Source: Eutreptiella sp. 'Long Island Sound 2002' (lineage: Eukaryota; Protista; Euglenida). Taken from it: a DNA stretch of 64,000 nucleotides. The DNA lies in NCBI GenBank assembly GCA_964036045.1, contig OZ038379.1, positions 31,868,001 to 31,932,000 of the forward strand, read 5' to 3'. Below, in pieces: positions 1-12,150 of this stretch. The position numbers and the translations under genes are program-made. Each line of letters opens with the position of its first letter. Position 1 is the first letter of the stretch. The notes below the pieces were generated by a model that ran no database searches, had not been told where the DNA came from, and saw nothing but the letters and a program-made list of their open reading frames with translations.

Positions 1-299
1 GAGTCCTTCTGGTACAGTAGGCCACCGCCTCGCACAGCTGCTGGACCCGGGCGCTGTAGGCCACAACCTTGGGTTACCCCATTTGCAGTATGCGCGAGCA
101 GCGTGTGCGGGCAGTGGCAATGTTGGGTTTGTCATCCCGGCGGCAGGCACAATCACCGATGAGAATCCGAGCGCTTGTGTTTTGAGCAGCATCGGACTCA
201 ATCAGAGGGACATGCGCGAACACATCTTCGTGAGCAGTGCGGTGGCTCGAAAACACCTTTCCTCAAACCCGGAGTCCTCTTCTGCGTCTTGGACATACT

Positions 300-1035
300 C
301 CTCCTGATCCACATCCCCATCCCCACACCGGATGCAGCACAAGACACACAAAAAACGCAAAAGGTAACGGCACACCAAGCACAAAAAGCGGAGGAGAAAT
401 CCCTCTCCCCCGTGATACCCACACCCAGCCCAATACACGTACCCGCACACAACCCCACACCAACAACAATCCCGCACTCACAACAGTACCTGTATGAGGT
501 ACCACTAGCCCGACTCTCACAACCACAACATCACTACACCCCGCAGGCACGGCAACACCCACAACCACAACAAAAGTTTCCATACCATTAGCAGCCCCAA
601 CTCCCCCAGACCCTTTACACGCCACAAGATCAACCCGGACCACAATCTTGGCCCCTTCAAACACCACACAATCAGCATGCTTCCCACATATACACAACCC
701 TTCCACATCCATACCAACCATATCAACACAACGCTTACCACACCCTTCACCAACACCACCACCGCGACCATACCCAACCACAGCATCACTACCCCGCAAT
801 TCACTCACAAGCGGACTCCCCTCAGCACTCCCGAACGGGACGCCACCATCGCCACGACCAACACAAGCTCCAATACCACCATCACACACCACACCCAGAC
901 GTAGACTACCCACCTCCCCAAACAGAGCAATGACAGCACCAACAGCACCGCTCTTTTCCACCAGCCGCAACGCGCACATCAACTGACCGCACAAAAGGAT
1001 ACCACGCACCCCTACTACCACGCACAACCACACTC
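300..1035 (+). repeat. G-poor, C/A-rich low-complexity tract
   Basis: The + strand is dominated by CAC/ACC/CAA motifs; all frames give Thr/Pro/His-rich or (antisense) Val/Gly-rich junk ORFs. Confidence 0.6.
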
Positions 1036-2205
1036 ACCAGCACAAACCCAAGCACTCCCACCTCCCAAGCTGCACCAAACAGTGTCAGGGCCCTGCGAAT
1101 CGACGCCGCACCCCCGCAGCGTCCCTCCCCTCGGCACACGTGCAAGCGGCCAAGCAGCGCCGGGCGCCGAATTGAGGCATCAGGGCAATGTACCGCCGCC
1201 TTGCAGGGGCTGGAGAGGAGTTTGGCCTACCCGCACAAGTGGACTCATACGGGCTAACCCGTGGGGGTTTTCTTCAGTGGGCACCGCACAGTGGCACAAG
1301 TGACGCATCCGCAGAGCCCCACGCCGCGTGTCGCGTCGGACAGGTCAGTGGTACAGTTGTAGTACACGGCACGACACCCGGAATTCCACGAGCAAGCGGA
1401 CGGGCCTCCACTAGCGAGTGTGGCAGCCTCAACATCGGAGCAGGCCGTGGACCCATTCGCTGGTGCCCCCATGGCCCCCAAAGGCGATCAACGTTGATGA
1501 GCGCAAGGCACTAGTCGCCCGCCCACCCGTCGACTCTCACCATTCACTTGCAGTAGCGCCAGCAGCCACACGCCCCCGGGCGCCCAAGCAGCGCCCTGCA
1601 ACGCGGGCAGCGTGCCCATTAGCAACGGTTGGCCCCCGGGCACCTCGGCAACATCCCAAGAATGAGACACCCATTGGGGAACAAGAGGCCATGGACGCCC
1701 ATGGTACGTCTCCCTCGGGAGTGCACCAAGTCTTGCCCCCGCCACCTATTACGCGGCCACCGTCGCCCCCACCTGCTATATGCACCCACTTCCCACCAAC
1801 ACACTCAAGCGCCTTCCCGCCCCGCCCCCACGACACGGACGACAACACAAGAGGTCTAGCCGTCCCCGGCCTCTTGTCCCCCCCCCCCCCTGGACTCCCA
1901 AGATGAGCCGGCCCTGCGCGTGCGCCTCTCCCCCGGCCGTCGGTGCTGTTAGCCCCCGTCTCGCGGCTTCCATCGGCCGCCCCGCCCAACGGGACGCGCA
2001 TGCAGCTTGCCCCCGACGCGTCAGCGCTCTGCGTTAGGGAAACGACGTCCTCCGCGTACGGGACGAGGTGCTCAGGCCCACTCCCCACACGTGTGACCAA
2101 GCCCATTCTCCTAAGCAGCGCCCCCAAAGCTCCCCTAAAGGGATAGGTGCTGCCGTTGTGTCCGCCATCTTGCCTGCTATAACATTAGCACATGCCTCGA
2201 CCATT

Positions 2206-2916
2206 GGGGGAGGTACGGCACGCGGTGCACGCGGTGCGACACGCGGTGCGCGGTCTTTTGGGTAGTGCGGCTGACTCTTTTCCCATAATTCCCCCTTGTG
2301 CTTTTTCTCAGCACCTCACCGGCCCTGTAGCACCCCCCCTCCGGTGAGCCCGTGTGCCGTGGCTGCGGGATAGGGCGCCAAGCCAGGTTGCGAGGGCTGT
2401 CGTGATGGTGGACAATAGCCACGGGTGCCTCAACCCCTCCCCTGTAGGGAAAACCACAAGCCACAATCAGAGGCACAAATGTTTTCCGCGGAAGCGCACA
2501 TAGGGTGAGGGGGCGGGGGTGTGTGCATTATTTGTAGTGTGTGCCAAGTAGTAATCGTTGCTTGTTGTTTCATTCCACTGTTTTCTATCCCAGAAAGTGA
2601 GGTGCTTGGCAAGCATTGCAAATTGGCTGCATGTTTGCCCCGCTCTTTGGTGTTGGGCCGTGCTAGAGAGCGGATCCTTCTCCTTTCATCTTCAACCAAC
2701 GGCCCCCTCCGTCAGGGGGTGTGGGCGGCTACAACCACCATGCAATTGGTGAGGAGGATGGAGTGGAGGCCTCCGTTGTTGTATGCTTACCCCTTAGGCC
2801 ACCGCGTCCTTGACAACCTGAAAAATCACTAAAAATTTTCGAGACTATGATGAAAAGAACGCACACGGTGCGCACGCGGTGCGACACGCGGTGCACGCGG
2901 TGCGCGTACCTCCCCC
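2206..2916. mobile_element. Non-autonomous TIR element (MITE-like), GGGGG-ended, 3-bp TSD ATT
   Basis: Perfect 12-bp TIR gggggaggtacg / cgtacctccccc; ATT immediately on both sides (2203-2205, 2917-2919); subterminal (cacgcggtg)n arrays at both ends. Confidence 0.9.
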
Positions 2917-5154
2917 ATTGCGCTTGCCAAGTTGAGCGCGCATGCGGTTTCCTTTGTCGTTGCCTTTGTCGTGTTCTTTGCTGTTGCAGGTGTAGCTCAC
3001 TGGTGCCTCACCCAGAGCTAGCGGGACGTATCCCCGGCTTTGGCTATAGCACAGTGATTTGGGTTGCCCCGTTGCAGTACCGGTGGGGTGTGTCCCCTTA
3101 TTTGTTGCCGCCGCACGCTGCAATCGGACCGCGGCCCGACTAAGAGATGGCGTACTTCGCTGCCACCCTAGTGGTGGCGCTCAGCAATCCACAAGCAATG
3201 GTCTGTTGGTGGCATACCACTTGATGCCTTGCGACTTTGGGGCAAGCCCTTCGTTAGGCAATGTGTGATATACATGGGCTGCTTTCTCTTGATAAGCATA
3301 CACACAACATCGCCAATTGGCCAACGGTAGCCTTTTGGGCCACCACTCATGACACGATATCACCAACCCGTTTTAGCTTGAATTGGTCATTGCATGCATA
3401 TGCACACTTTCCAGTGTGTTGCACTCTCCGTGCTGTAGGTAGGCCAACGCCTCCACGGCAGTGCATTAACCTCTTACCAATATGGCACCGTGTCGCTTCA
3501 CAATATGCAAGGACTCACATGACCCGCAATTTGACCATGCGTCCATCTCCGCATGCACTCGTGTTCTTCGTGCTTGGCCATGTGTGGAGTAGGTATCGGA
3601 GTCTCTTGACATCAGCCCCCCCCCCCCCTAGCGAGCAGCAGGGGCTACTAGGGAACACGCGACCAAAACGTCTCCGCCAAACCCGGGCACCACAGACGCC
3701 CCCACCCCCGTGACCCAGGCAAAAGGATGGGTCCATGACGTGGTACACGACGGCTATGTGGACGCTAACCCACCACAGGCCGCCGTCGCAGCGCCGGCAT
3801 TACCCGTATCACCCAAGCCTGCTTGCCTTTGGAACAACTGCACCACCATCGGGGGCATCACACAGTTCCCGGGGAGCGGGGCAACCATACATCTAAAAAC
3901 ATCCACTGTGGTGGCACGCCACCACTCCTTACTACAACAATGCCATCATGGCCACGGGGTACCCCCCGAGGAGGAGCAAGGCGATGCATCTAGCACACCC
4001 AACGGCAACAGCGGAATTGCCCGCATCGACATGGCTGGCCCGCGATTAGACACCACTGAGGTCCCTACTCCCTTGTCACCCCCCACCGCCACTGGGGCTT
4101 TAGACCTTCAGTGCCCACGTGACGGCATTAGGGACTTTTACTCACCACAATCCAGCACATGGGGCAACAATGCGTGGGATGCAGACGCCTACTTGGCCGC
4201 GCCAATGCAAGCACCAAGCTCGGAGGCTTACTTGTCACCTGTAGTTGACAACCAAACATTTGCATTTGGACACTAGCATGCTGTAGTGCGCTCCTCAAAC
4301 GGTAAAGAGGAAGCGGTGTCGTCATCTAGTCGTGCGTCAAGCAGTGCCTCTTTGCTGCTTGCATGCTCGCAACATGAGCCACCGAATCTCTCTGCATCAT
4401 CAGAGACAATGGGTTGGATACTCCTTGCTACCTTGTGACAACCCCCGCTGGATGAGCCGTCAACAGCGTGTCGTGGAACACGAGTCCCGGTCCACCAGTG
4501 TGGTGACGTTCAACCACAACCTGGTTCGGCTTCTGAGGAAGGCACCTTCGATCCCCGCCCCGGTAACGGGGGTCCCGTGATGGGTGTCTTGTAGGGCCCT
4601 GGGGCCCATTCTTGGATAGGCAGCTGCCAGCCTCTTCCGCGGAAGAAGCAACGATGCCTCCACGTCTGGCAGATTCGGATGACTTGGACTGGGGGTGGCT
4701 CCCTGCCGAGCTGCTTCATCGCCCTGAGAAGCCCTTGCACTCTGCGTTGGCTCAGGCCTCACCACGGTCCCCCTTGCCTCGGCTGCTTGTGGAGGCCCTC
4801 AGGGAACAAGGAGAGACGTCCTCCATTAATGACATAGGAGGAAGCTACTATCCCATTCAAACCCTGCAAGAAGACCTTGAGTGCCGCCCTCTCTGCTATG
4901 AGGATACATCACTATTCCCGCTTCCATGCCACCCACTACGCCGGCCGTGCCCTTTGTGTGCATCCGACGTGCGGCTCAGTGGGCGCCCGTGGGGATGCCC
5001 ATCCCCTAGAAATGTGGGTCACCTGGTGGGCCCATGGCATTCGGTGGGAACATGCGGTGGGGCGCGCATTTACTGGGTATGGGACAGGGGGGGGCCTTTC
5101 GGTTGGCTTGTCCGCAAAACGTCCCGTCGGGGGCACCTTGGCCCACACCAGGCA

Positions 5155-5208
5155 CGGGGAGCCCTTCTATTGTTGCTTAGGGGAGACATTGAGCTCAACC
5201 CGGGGCCC
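5155..5208 (+). other. 2A-like ribosome-skipping peptide RGALLLLLRGDIELNPGP
   Basis: Exact D(V/I)ExNPGP consensus with a leucine-rich upstream helix, immediately before the APE domain. Confidence 0.85.
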
Positions 5209-5289
5209 TTGAGTGATCATTGGTCAGTAGTGTATACTACAACAAATAAGGGAGCGGTCGATTTTGCTGCTAGTTGCACGCAGCCAAGT

Positions 5290-5960
5290 GTCACGGGCCT
5301 CCGGTGGGCACCTACAACATTGGCGGCGCCGCAAACGATTGGGACCGATTGGTCACCATTGTGCAACTCTTGCCTGATATGCGCCTCGACATTTTCGGCT
5401 TACAGGAAGTCAAGCCTACCCCCCAACATAGAGGCGGCAACAACATTAGCCTTCCCTAAGTAGCAAATGTACTGTCACCCAAAGCCATCAGGGACCATCA
5501 ATGGGGAGGCTTTCCTCATCTGCAACACAGTGGACCACTTTGTGCTCAAGCATGGCAATCAAAGCGCCTGGCTCTTTACAGATCCCGATGGGACCGTCTT
5601 GGGCCTCACTTCGCATTTTCCCAACAAGCCGCGAGTACTCCTCCAGTACTATGGTCTCCGGACTGCAGACACCAAGAGGAGGCAAGATGCTTTTGTTGAG
5701 ATGCACACGTGCGATATCCTCATGGGCGATTTCACCGTGTCCATTTGGAGCAATACCCCAGGTCGGTTCTGTCAAAGTGACCAACTCAACTGCCGGTTGT
5801 ACGACCCGTTGCACGAACTCCACCCCGACGGTTGAGTGCAAGCAGCACACAGCAGGGCATGCCACTGCTTGGATCCCATCCTAGTCTCATCGCCGTGCTG
5901 GGAACATGTCAAGCTTATGGCGTACCACACGATTGCCATGACCAGCTTTGACCACGGATT
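5290..5960 (+). pseudogene. APE-type endonuclease domain (frameshifted)
   Basis: Motifs in order across frames: VGTYNIGG, DIFGLQEV, DILMGDF, LDPILVS, SFDHGLV. Confidence 0.85.
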
Positions 5961-6160
5961 GGTCCTAATGACCATAGGCCTCACCTCCACGGATCGTGAG
6001 ACCTTCATCAAAGCCACACACCCCGCTGAGAAGTGGACTGTGCTGCAAGAGCGAGCCGCTGCACGAGATGCACACCACATACTCGCTGGACAAGACACCC
6101 CGATGGACCCAGTATCACGCGCCGATGCAGTCCGCAAGGCGGCAAAGGCGCTCATTGGGC

Positions 6161-8067
6161 ATTGTCAATGGGAAGCCGGTGTATGCGGCTACCTGAGCTT
6201 GCAGGGCAGCGAAGAGTGCATCCCTCGCCTTAACCTTGTACCCAAAAGCGGCAATGCTGTGGCCCAAATAAGTCAACATGGACCTTGAATTAGAGGCGAC
6301 GTTGTCCCCACCAGATGTGCTTTGCCTGCCGAGCGCCCCCCGAGGTACCCCTGAGGACCGTGGTCATTGGAAGTGGTAAACTTCCGTCTTGTTAGGATTG
6401 AACGGGATCCCAATGTGGGAGGCCCGAAGTGCAGAGGTCAATGAGGAATTGTTCCAACTCGGAGCAATCTTTGACAGCTATGGCGACATCACCAGCATAA
6501 ACGAAAGCATCCGGGTACTTGGCGATCAAACACTTGATCGACAAGTTGTATACTATAGAGAATAGGAGTGGGGAGCAAGGGCATCCTTCTTTGACGCCCC
6601 GCCTGGGCCGGATATATATGTGTTCTCCTTGTATGTCCGTGCATGTGTCAATATGTCCATAAACCTTGCGGGAGGCGAGAACATAATTTGGCGGGAGCCC
6701 TGCGTGGTTCAAGATGGAGAAGATGACCTCAGCGATTGTGGACGGGAAAGCTTTGGCCACATCCAACAAAAGTACCAAGGGCTCGTTTCCCTCCTTTTCG
6801 TGCTCATGGAGGGAGTTGACTAGGTTTGCAGCTTGCTCGCTTGTGGTGTGCAAAGGCCTAGACCCATATTGCCCAAGGCTTGCAACCTGGTCCACGAGCC
6901 TCCGCAAACGGCGCTGTACAACTTTATTATAACACGATACATGATGTGGGTCACCACAATAGGTCGATGATTTTCCGGGCGGTAAGGATCTCCTTTCTTG
7001 TACATCAACACCACTTCAAACCCTGGCCAATGATGCGGCTATCCCCTGTTCTCCGCACTTCGAGCACCCTCTCATACAAGGTATGTAGTGTATCGTCCGG
7101 GAGCAGGCACCGACTGTCCCCCACAAAAATTTGCTGTGCCGCGGAATGCTGTGGCATGTTGCGGCTTTACGCGGCATGCTGCGGCATGCTTCAAGCCGTT
7201 GGTGGGGGTAACCTAATTTTCCAAAAACTCTCAAAGCTGACAAACCTCTACATCAAACACAAAACAATGCACCTTCCGACACTATGCAAAGATGGACACC
7301 GCATAATCATTTCATGTGTGGTCAAATTGCTACTCCTCCTCGTCACATGTTCGCTCTTTGTCCATTTTATTGACATACATGATTGCCAAATAGCGCAACG
7401 TCTCATTACTCACATTGGGACGATTGTGTGTTAGGATGTGTTTTTACCAAAACATGATCATTCAGGCACCCTTTGACGACAGCCACACTGCACATAATAT
7501 ACAATACAATTTCCCATTTTGACTTGCACCCTCGGTGTCGGTAAAACATAGGTACTGCCCAATGCCTTCTCAAAAGGCCCCAAAATCGGGTGCTGCGACA
7601 TGCCGCGGCACATTTCAACCGTTGGTGCCTGACCCGGAGCATACCCAACAAGCGGTGCGCAACCCCGTCGGGGCCTATGGCCTTCTTGCGCTTGCCGATT
7701 CACGCTCGCTCGAACTCTTCGAAGCTCGGCGGGTCATCTGCCATGTGCACCCGCAGATTGACCTTTGGGATGAGCGCTTCGATGGTGGGCATGTCATAGG
7801 GGGGATTGGCACTGAGGTTGGCTAAGAAAGCGCGCGCCGGTTCCGGACCGGGTTGCTTCCGTGTCGGCTTCAAAGGCCCATGCGTCCAATTTTTGGTCAC
7901 GCAAAAGAAGGTCCCATCTTTGCAGAGGGCGGCTGGGCGCATGGCGTGCAGGCGCTTGTTGGCCACATCGCGCAGCTCCTGCGCGATGCGTTTCTTGACC
8001 ACTTGGAAGTGTGTGTGCCACTTATGTGTGTTGGTTTTGAAGCGGGTCCGCTTGGTGCGCTTCCCCT
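6161..8067 (-). pseudogene. LINE reverse transcriptase, inverted relative to its own element
   Basis: On the - strand: IGPDGV, YKKGDP..NHRPI, QYGSRP, LLDVAKAF, GVKEGCPCSPLLF, YAGD, then thumb region; colinear with 34520-35420 on the + strand. Confidence 0.88.
7104..7631. mobile_element. Small TIR insertion (hAT-like by 8-bp TSD) within the RT
   Basis: TIR caggcacc / ggtgcctg; flanks tccgggag and acccggag (6/8 match); removing it restores RT ..LLGMLPDDTLHTLYE.. Confidence 0.65.
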
Positions 8068-9600
8068 AGCTTCTAGCGAGCACAAATCGTCATTTCGGTG
8101 CTCATCCCCAGGTTCGGTGTTTAAGAGTCTCTTTGTGTGGGATGTGTGTTGGGCCAACCCGATGGAGGCCGCCTTGGAAGATTTCGTGCTACAGGCTCTC
8201 CACGTGGAAAAGTACCTGCAGTACCGCATCTACACCGACGTTGCGGAAGGGGGACAGCGCCTCCACATCGTGTCCCAGCTAGATTATGCGTCCCCTTCCA
8301 GCTAGTCCAATGGGCTCTGCAGGTTCCACACAGGCCAATGACGGAGCAAACCAACTTCGGTCACCTCCCACACATTGTAGAGGAGTACAGAAAGATCTTG
8401 CTATCCTTTGGTATGGAACTGGGATGCCACCCACGCACCAACCAGCCCACGGGTTGAAAGGCACCCAAGTGGACACACGATGACCTTGAGTCACTCTTTG
8501 ATGATATGGACTCTGATGACTATAGGTTTAAGACGCTTGTGCCCCAGAAGTACCATCAATTCCTACGTCCCAAGGCCGGCACCAATCCCGTGCAACCTAA
8601 CATGGTGCACTTAGGGCGCGCGTGGCACAAGCAAGGGCCATCCACTAGGTCAATTTGGTACAATGGCGGACCTATGCTCATCGAAGTGAGAGTACGAGGC
8701 CCACAAACGATCTATAAGGATAAAATGTACGGAGTATGGATCGGGGCATGCCCGGCCCAACCGGGTGACTCCATGGTGCTTGACAATCGGGCACGGGCCC
8801 GATGCGGCTCCAAGCCACCCAGCCCGCAATCGTCCGACTACGACTTGCATGGCGCAACGTACCAGCTTATCTCCACCAAGGCACTCCAGGTACGTCGGGC
8901 GCACGGGCACCTAGACCCCAAAAAAGCGCATACCTTAAAGGGCTTGTCAAGACAGGATTGGCAACGAATTGGCCGACTGCGCAGCCCGAGCATGCGATAC
9001 TATGCACCCTTGTCGCGGTCCGGGTAGCACATCACATGTGGATATCCTCCTGCACAACCATGTGATGCCATCCCCCACACGCAACTGGATCGTCAAGTCA
9101 CGCCCCCAGAAGCTGGCACCCGAGGCGCATTGGACGTCATGGCTGCCTTTGCGTGCGGTCAGCTAAGATAAGTGGGGACCATGGCTTTCGGGGACAGTGC
9201 GTTGGCCGGGGTACGGGGCACCTTGGGGGACCGAGGTGACGTATTGTCCACGAGGCGGGGAGCGCCATGGCTCCGTAGTGCAAGAGTGCATTTTGACATG
9301 CCCCTCCAAGTCCCGGTTTTGGTACATTTGGATTGATGCATGGAAGACGTGGAAACCACAGGCAATTAAGTGGTAAACGGCGTCCACCGATGATCTGCGC
9401 ATGTGCACCCGCTTGCAGTTCCCGCACTCCCTTCACGAATCCTTCCTTTTGGTGCTGGCGCACTGGAGGGAGGTGGTTGCCACATGGCATTTCCATGTGG
9501 TCCAACGTTTGTAGGCATGGGTGTTTGACCAACTCCAACACGGCCCGCCTTTCGTCAGCAATAAGCGGCCCACGCACATCGTCCCGCCTGTTGCCGGGCC
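8068..9600 (+). pseudogene. LINE post-RT region, RNase H domain and Cys/His knuckle
   Basis: MYGVWIGACPAQPGDSMVLDN, DYDLH, GHLDP..IG; homologous to 35420-36960, with a ~42-bp deletion removing the first RNase H Asp region. Confidence 0.8.
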
Positions 9601-10609
9601 CCCGCCGCAATTAGCTCAACCTCCGGCCCGCAACGCCGGCCTCACCGCCCACGCGTCTCATGAAATATATGCCGGACCTTTCTTGGAACACGCAAGGCGG
9701 GCTATGCTACATGCCCAAACACAAACTGCACGACTGTGCCAAGAAGCGCTCGCCGCGGCGTGCTTGTGTTGGGAGCAAGCTCATCTTTTGCGGTCCTCGA
9801 ACATCCAAGCGGACGAATAATTCGAGAGGCGGCATAGGTACCAAGTGCACGTGGTAACCCAGACAGCCTTACGGCGGACGACTTTGTCGGACCCCCAATG
9901 GGAAGTCCGAGAGAACGCCGCACATCGCATGGACCGCGCCTCGGGCAGGACGGCCATGCGCCACTATCAGAAATGCAACCGGTGACAGTCCGATTTCCGG
10001 GACAATTCATACACCGCATGTTGCGCCTCTACGTCCCACCGCGACGTTTGTTGCTTGTACGGGAAATAAGTTTAACGGCACAAGTGCTCGTGGTGGTGCG
10101 CCAATAAGAGGGCCTTCCAGGCCGCGCGAGTGCCTGGAACGAGAACCCAAATGAGACGCACAAGCGTTGCAAGACGGAGGAACAATAGGTTCCCGGTGAT
10201 CTCTAGGATATGGAGATCTTGCTGGAGGACATGGGAGATATCATTGTCTTGAGTGGATTGTGACACCCCCAAGAGATCTGGCAGGACGTGCACACCCGTG
10301 CAAACGGGGCGATAGGGGTGGGGCAAGGCGTAGGACCCGTTCCTCCCGCCACCCCGCCGTAGCCATCTTGGTAGGGGTAGGTCATACCAGATCCACACCC
10401 AAAGGCGGCCCTGTCACGGACCCATGACTTGCTATGTGTACTCTCGTTGGACAGTTGGTGGAACTTCGGTCACGAGGTAAAAGAAAAAATTATTGTTCTT
10501 TGAAAACGGCCATTTTGATGCTTCTTTCACATTTTCACACACTCCATGCCCATCAGTTCCATTGGCGGGATATGGAGTGCCGACGTGTGGAATCCTAAGT
10601 ATGCGTGGC

Positions 10610-11462
10610 ATGTTCATAAGATGACTGTTGCCGTTGATCTGTTAGCAACATTATATGCATTTGCCCCTTGGCCCCCGAGGCATCAGCTGATGTTTTAATT
10701 TGGGATGGGTATGGTCCTTCTGTAGCCGAGGTGATTTGCTTGACTTCGAAGTTGGGGGCCAGGATGGCGCTTATAAAGTCCAGATTCATGTCATTGTGCC
10801 GTTCGTTGGAAGACAGAATGGCACTTTGGCAGCCCGCCAACAATCCTACAATTACGTGCACGGGTGGTATAGGGCACACATTGAGCAGGTGTTTGCTCGC
10901 TTGTGGCATTGGGGCTTGGTTAGGAAGATGTGGCGTGGCGGCCCAATGAGTTGCACCCGTCATTCCGTATTTTGTTGCATTTTACGCAATTTTGCATTCA
11001 CCGGCAAGTCCGTCACCCCCCCCCCCCCCTATGGACCATGGGAGCATGTCCCGCCTCATGTTTGGACCGGTAAAAGCAACTCGGCCACCACACAAGATGA
11101 GGCAGAGGATGTGGTAGAAGTGTGTGTGTTGTGTTGTTAGAATCGTTCCGCCATGACAGTTTGTGGTGAGTGTGAAAAGCACTATTGTGCTGAATGTATT
11201 GACACCCACAATTGTGGGAGCAATGTTGTTTGTTAAGTACAACACAAATGACATTTGGTGTTGTTGAATCCACAGCTATTATATATAACAGTAATGATAT
11301 TATATAATATTGCCTTATTATGCAACGTGCTTTGTAGGGAAGGTGTGCAGTCCCATGTGGTTTACTTGCGGGGCTTCTCCATGAGATGGTCAACATGTGC
11401 CTGACGTGGGGATAGTTAATACAAAAGTAGCGCGCCGGGCGCGCAGGGCAAACATCCCCCCC
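10610..11462 (+). mobile_element. PIF/Harbinger (DDE_Tnp_4-like) transposase remnant with the right terminus of the GGGGG TIR family
   Basis: ASADVLIWD..GQDGAY..YNYVHGWYRAHIEQVFARLW; ends in aaaagtagcgcgc..gcagggcaaacatcccccc, matching the right ends at 29491, 53645 and 57655. Confidence 0.7.
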
Positions 11463-12054
11463 CAACTCTCCAGGCTCGAGGCTGTGGTGGTTGCATCACC
11501 CAAGCCTCCAGCGTCGCCGGACATTACCCTCATGGCTTCACAACCCCAAATGCCTTCTGTTTGCTTGCATAAGTGGAGGGTACCACATTTTGCCTTGAAA
11601 TTCCCTTGCAACCCCCCCCCCCGCCACGTGAGGAGACTGTCGCTTGGCGACGGTCCCCCCCCCCTGAGGAGGAGACCGTCGCGCGCTGGGGGGATATTTC
11701 AAGGGGGGGAGGGTAGTTTGTGTGTCCATTTCCACCCTACATGTGTCTTAGAAGTCCAGATACACGCGATTAAGCTTTCAGGCAGCTCAAACACTGCCTC
11801 GGCGAGAGAAGGTGGCTGTATGTTTCAAATACCTCATTTCCGTTTGTACATGGTCATTGCTTCTCCTTCCACATTTGCCTGCAGTACCTCACATCATCAC
11901 CGCCTTCGCAGAAGTGGAGCATCTTCCACACTTCTGGTGGTCTTTGCGTTTGGCCATGGGCCTTCCGGTCTTAGGTTTGCATTTTCCACTTCCAATGTGC
12001 CTTTGGTGTGAACGCCATGGCACGCTCAACACACTTTCCCAGTGCTCATGTGCG

Positions 12055-12150
12055 TGTGGTGCTCACACTCCGACATGTGTTTGTGTCTGTCTGTGTGTGT
12101 GTGTGTGTACCCTGTGCATGTGTGTGTGTGTGCGCCTGTGCTTGCATGTG
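12055..12150. repeat. Imperfect (TG)n microsatellite
   Basis: Visible tgtgtg runs. Confidence 0.8.

Larger units (their letters stand above)
4612..10490 (+). mobile_element. Rearranged non-LTR retrotransposon (2A-APE-RT-RNase H-Zn-3'ORF), ingi/L1Tc-like architecture
   Basis: 2A motif, APE motifs, RT motifs (on - strand), RNase H motifs, CxxC..H knuckle and an A-rich tail at ~10480-10490; high nucleotide similarity to 34520-38120. The 5' boundary is uncertain. Confidence 0.85.

Noticed and set aside
263-1033. 256-aa Val/Gly-rich ORF on the - strand
   Set aside because: Antisense shadow of a C/A-rich low-complexity tract; no recognisable motifs.
4620-4680. HDV-like ribozyme at the LINE 5' end
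   Set aside because: A nested hairpin exists (ctgccag/ctggcag around tcttccgcggaaga), but the double-pseudoknot pairings could not be assigned.
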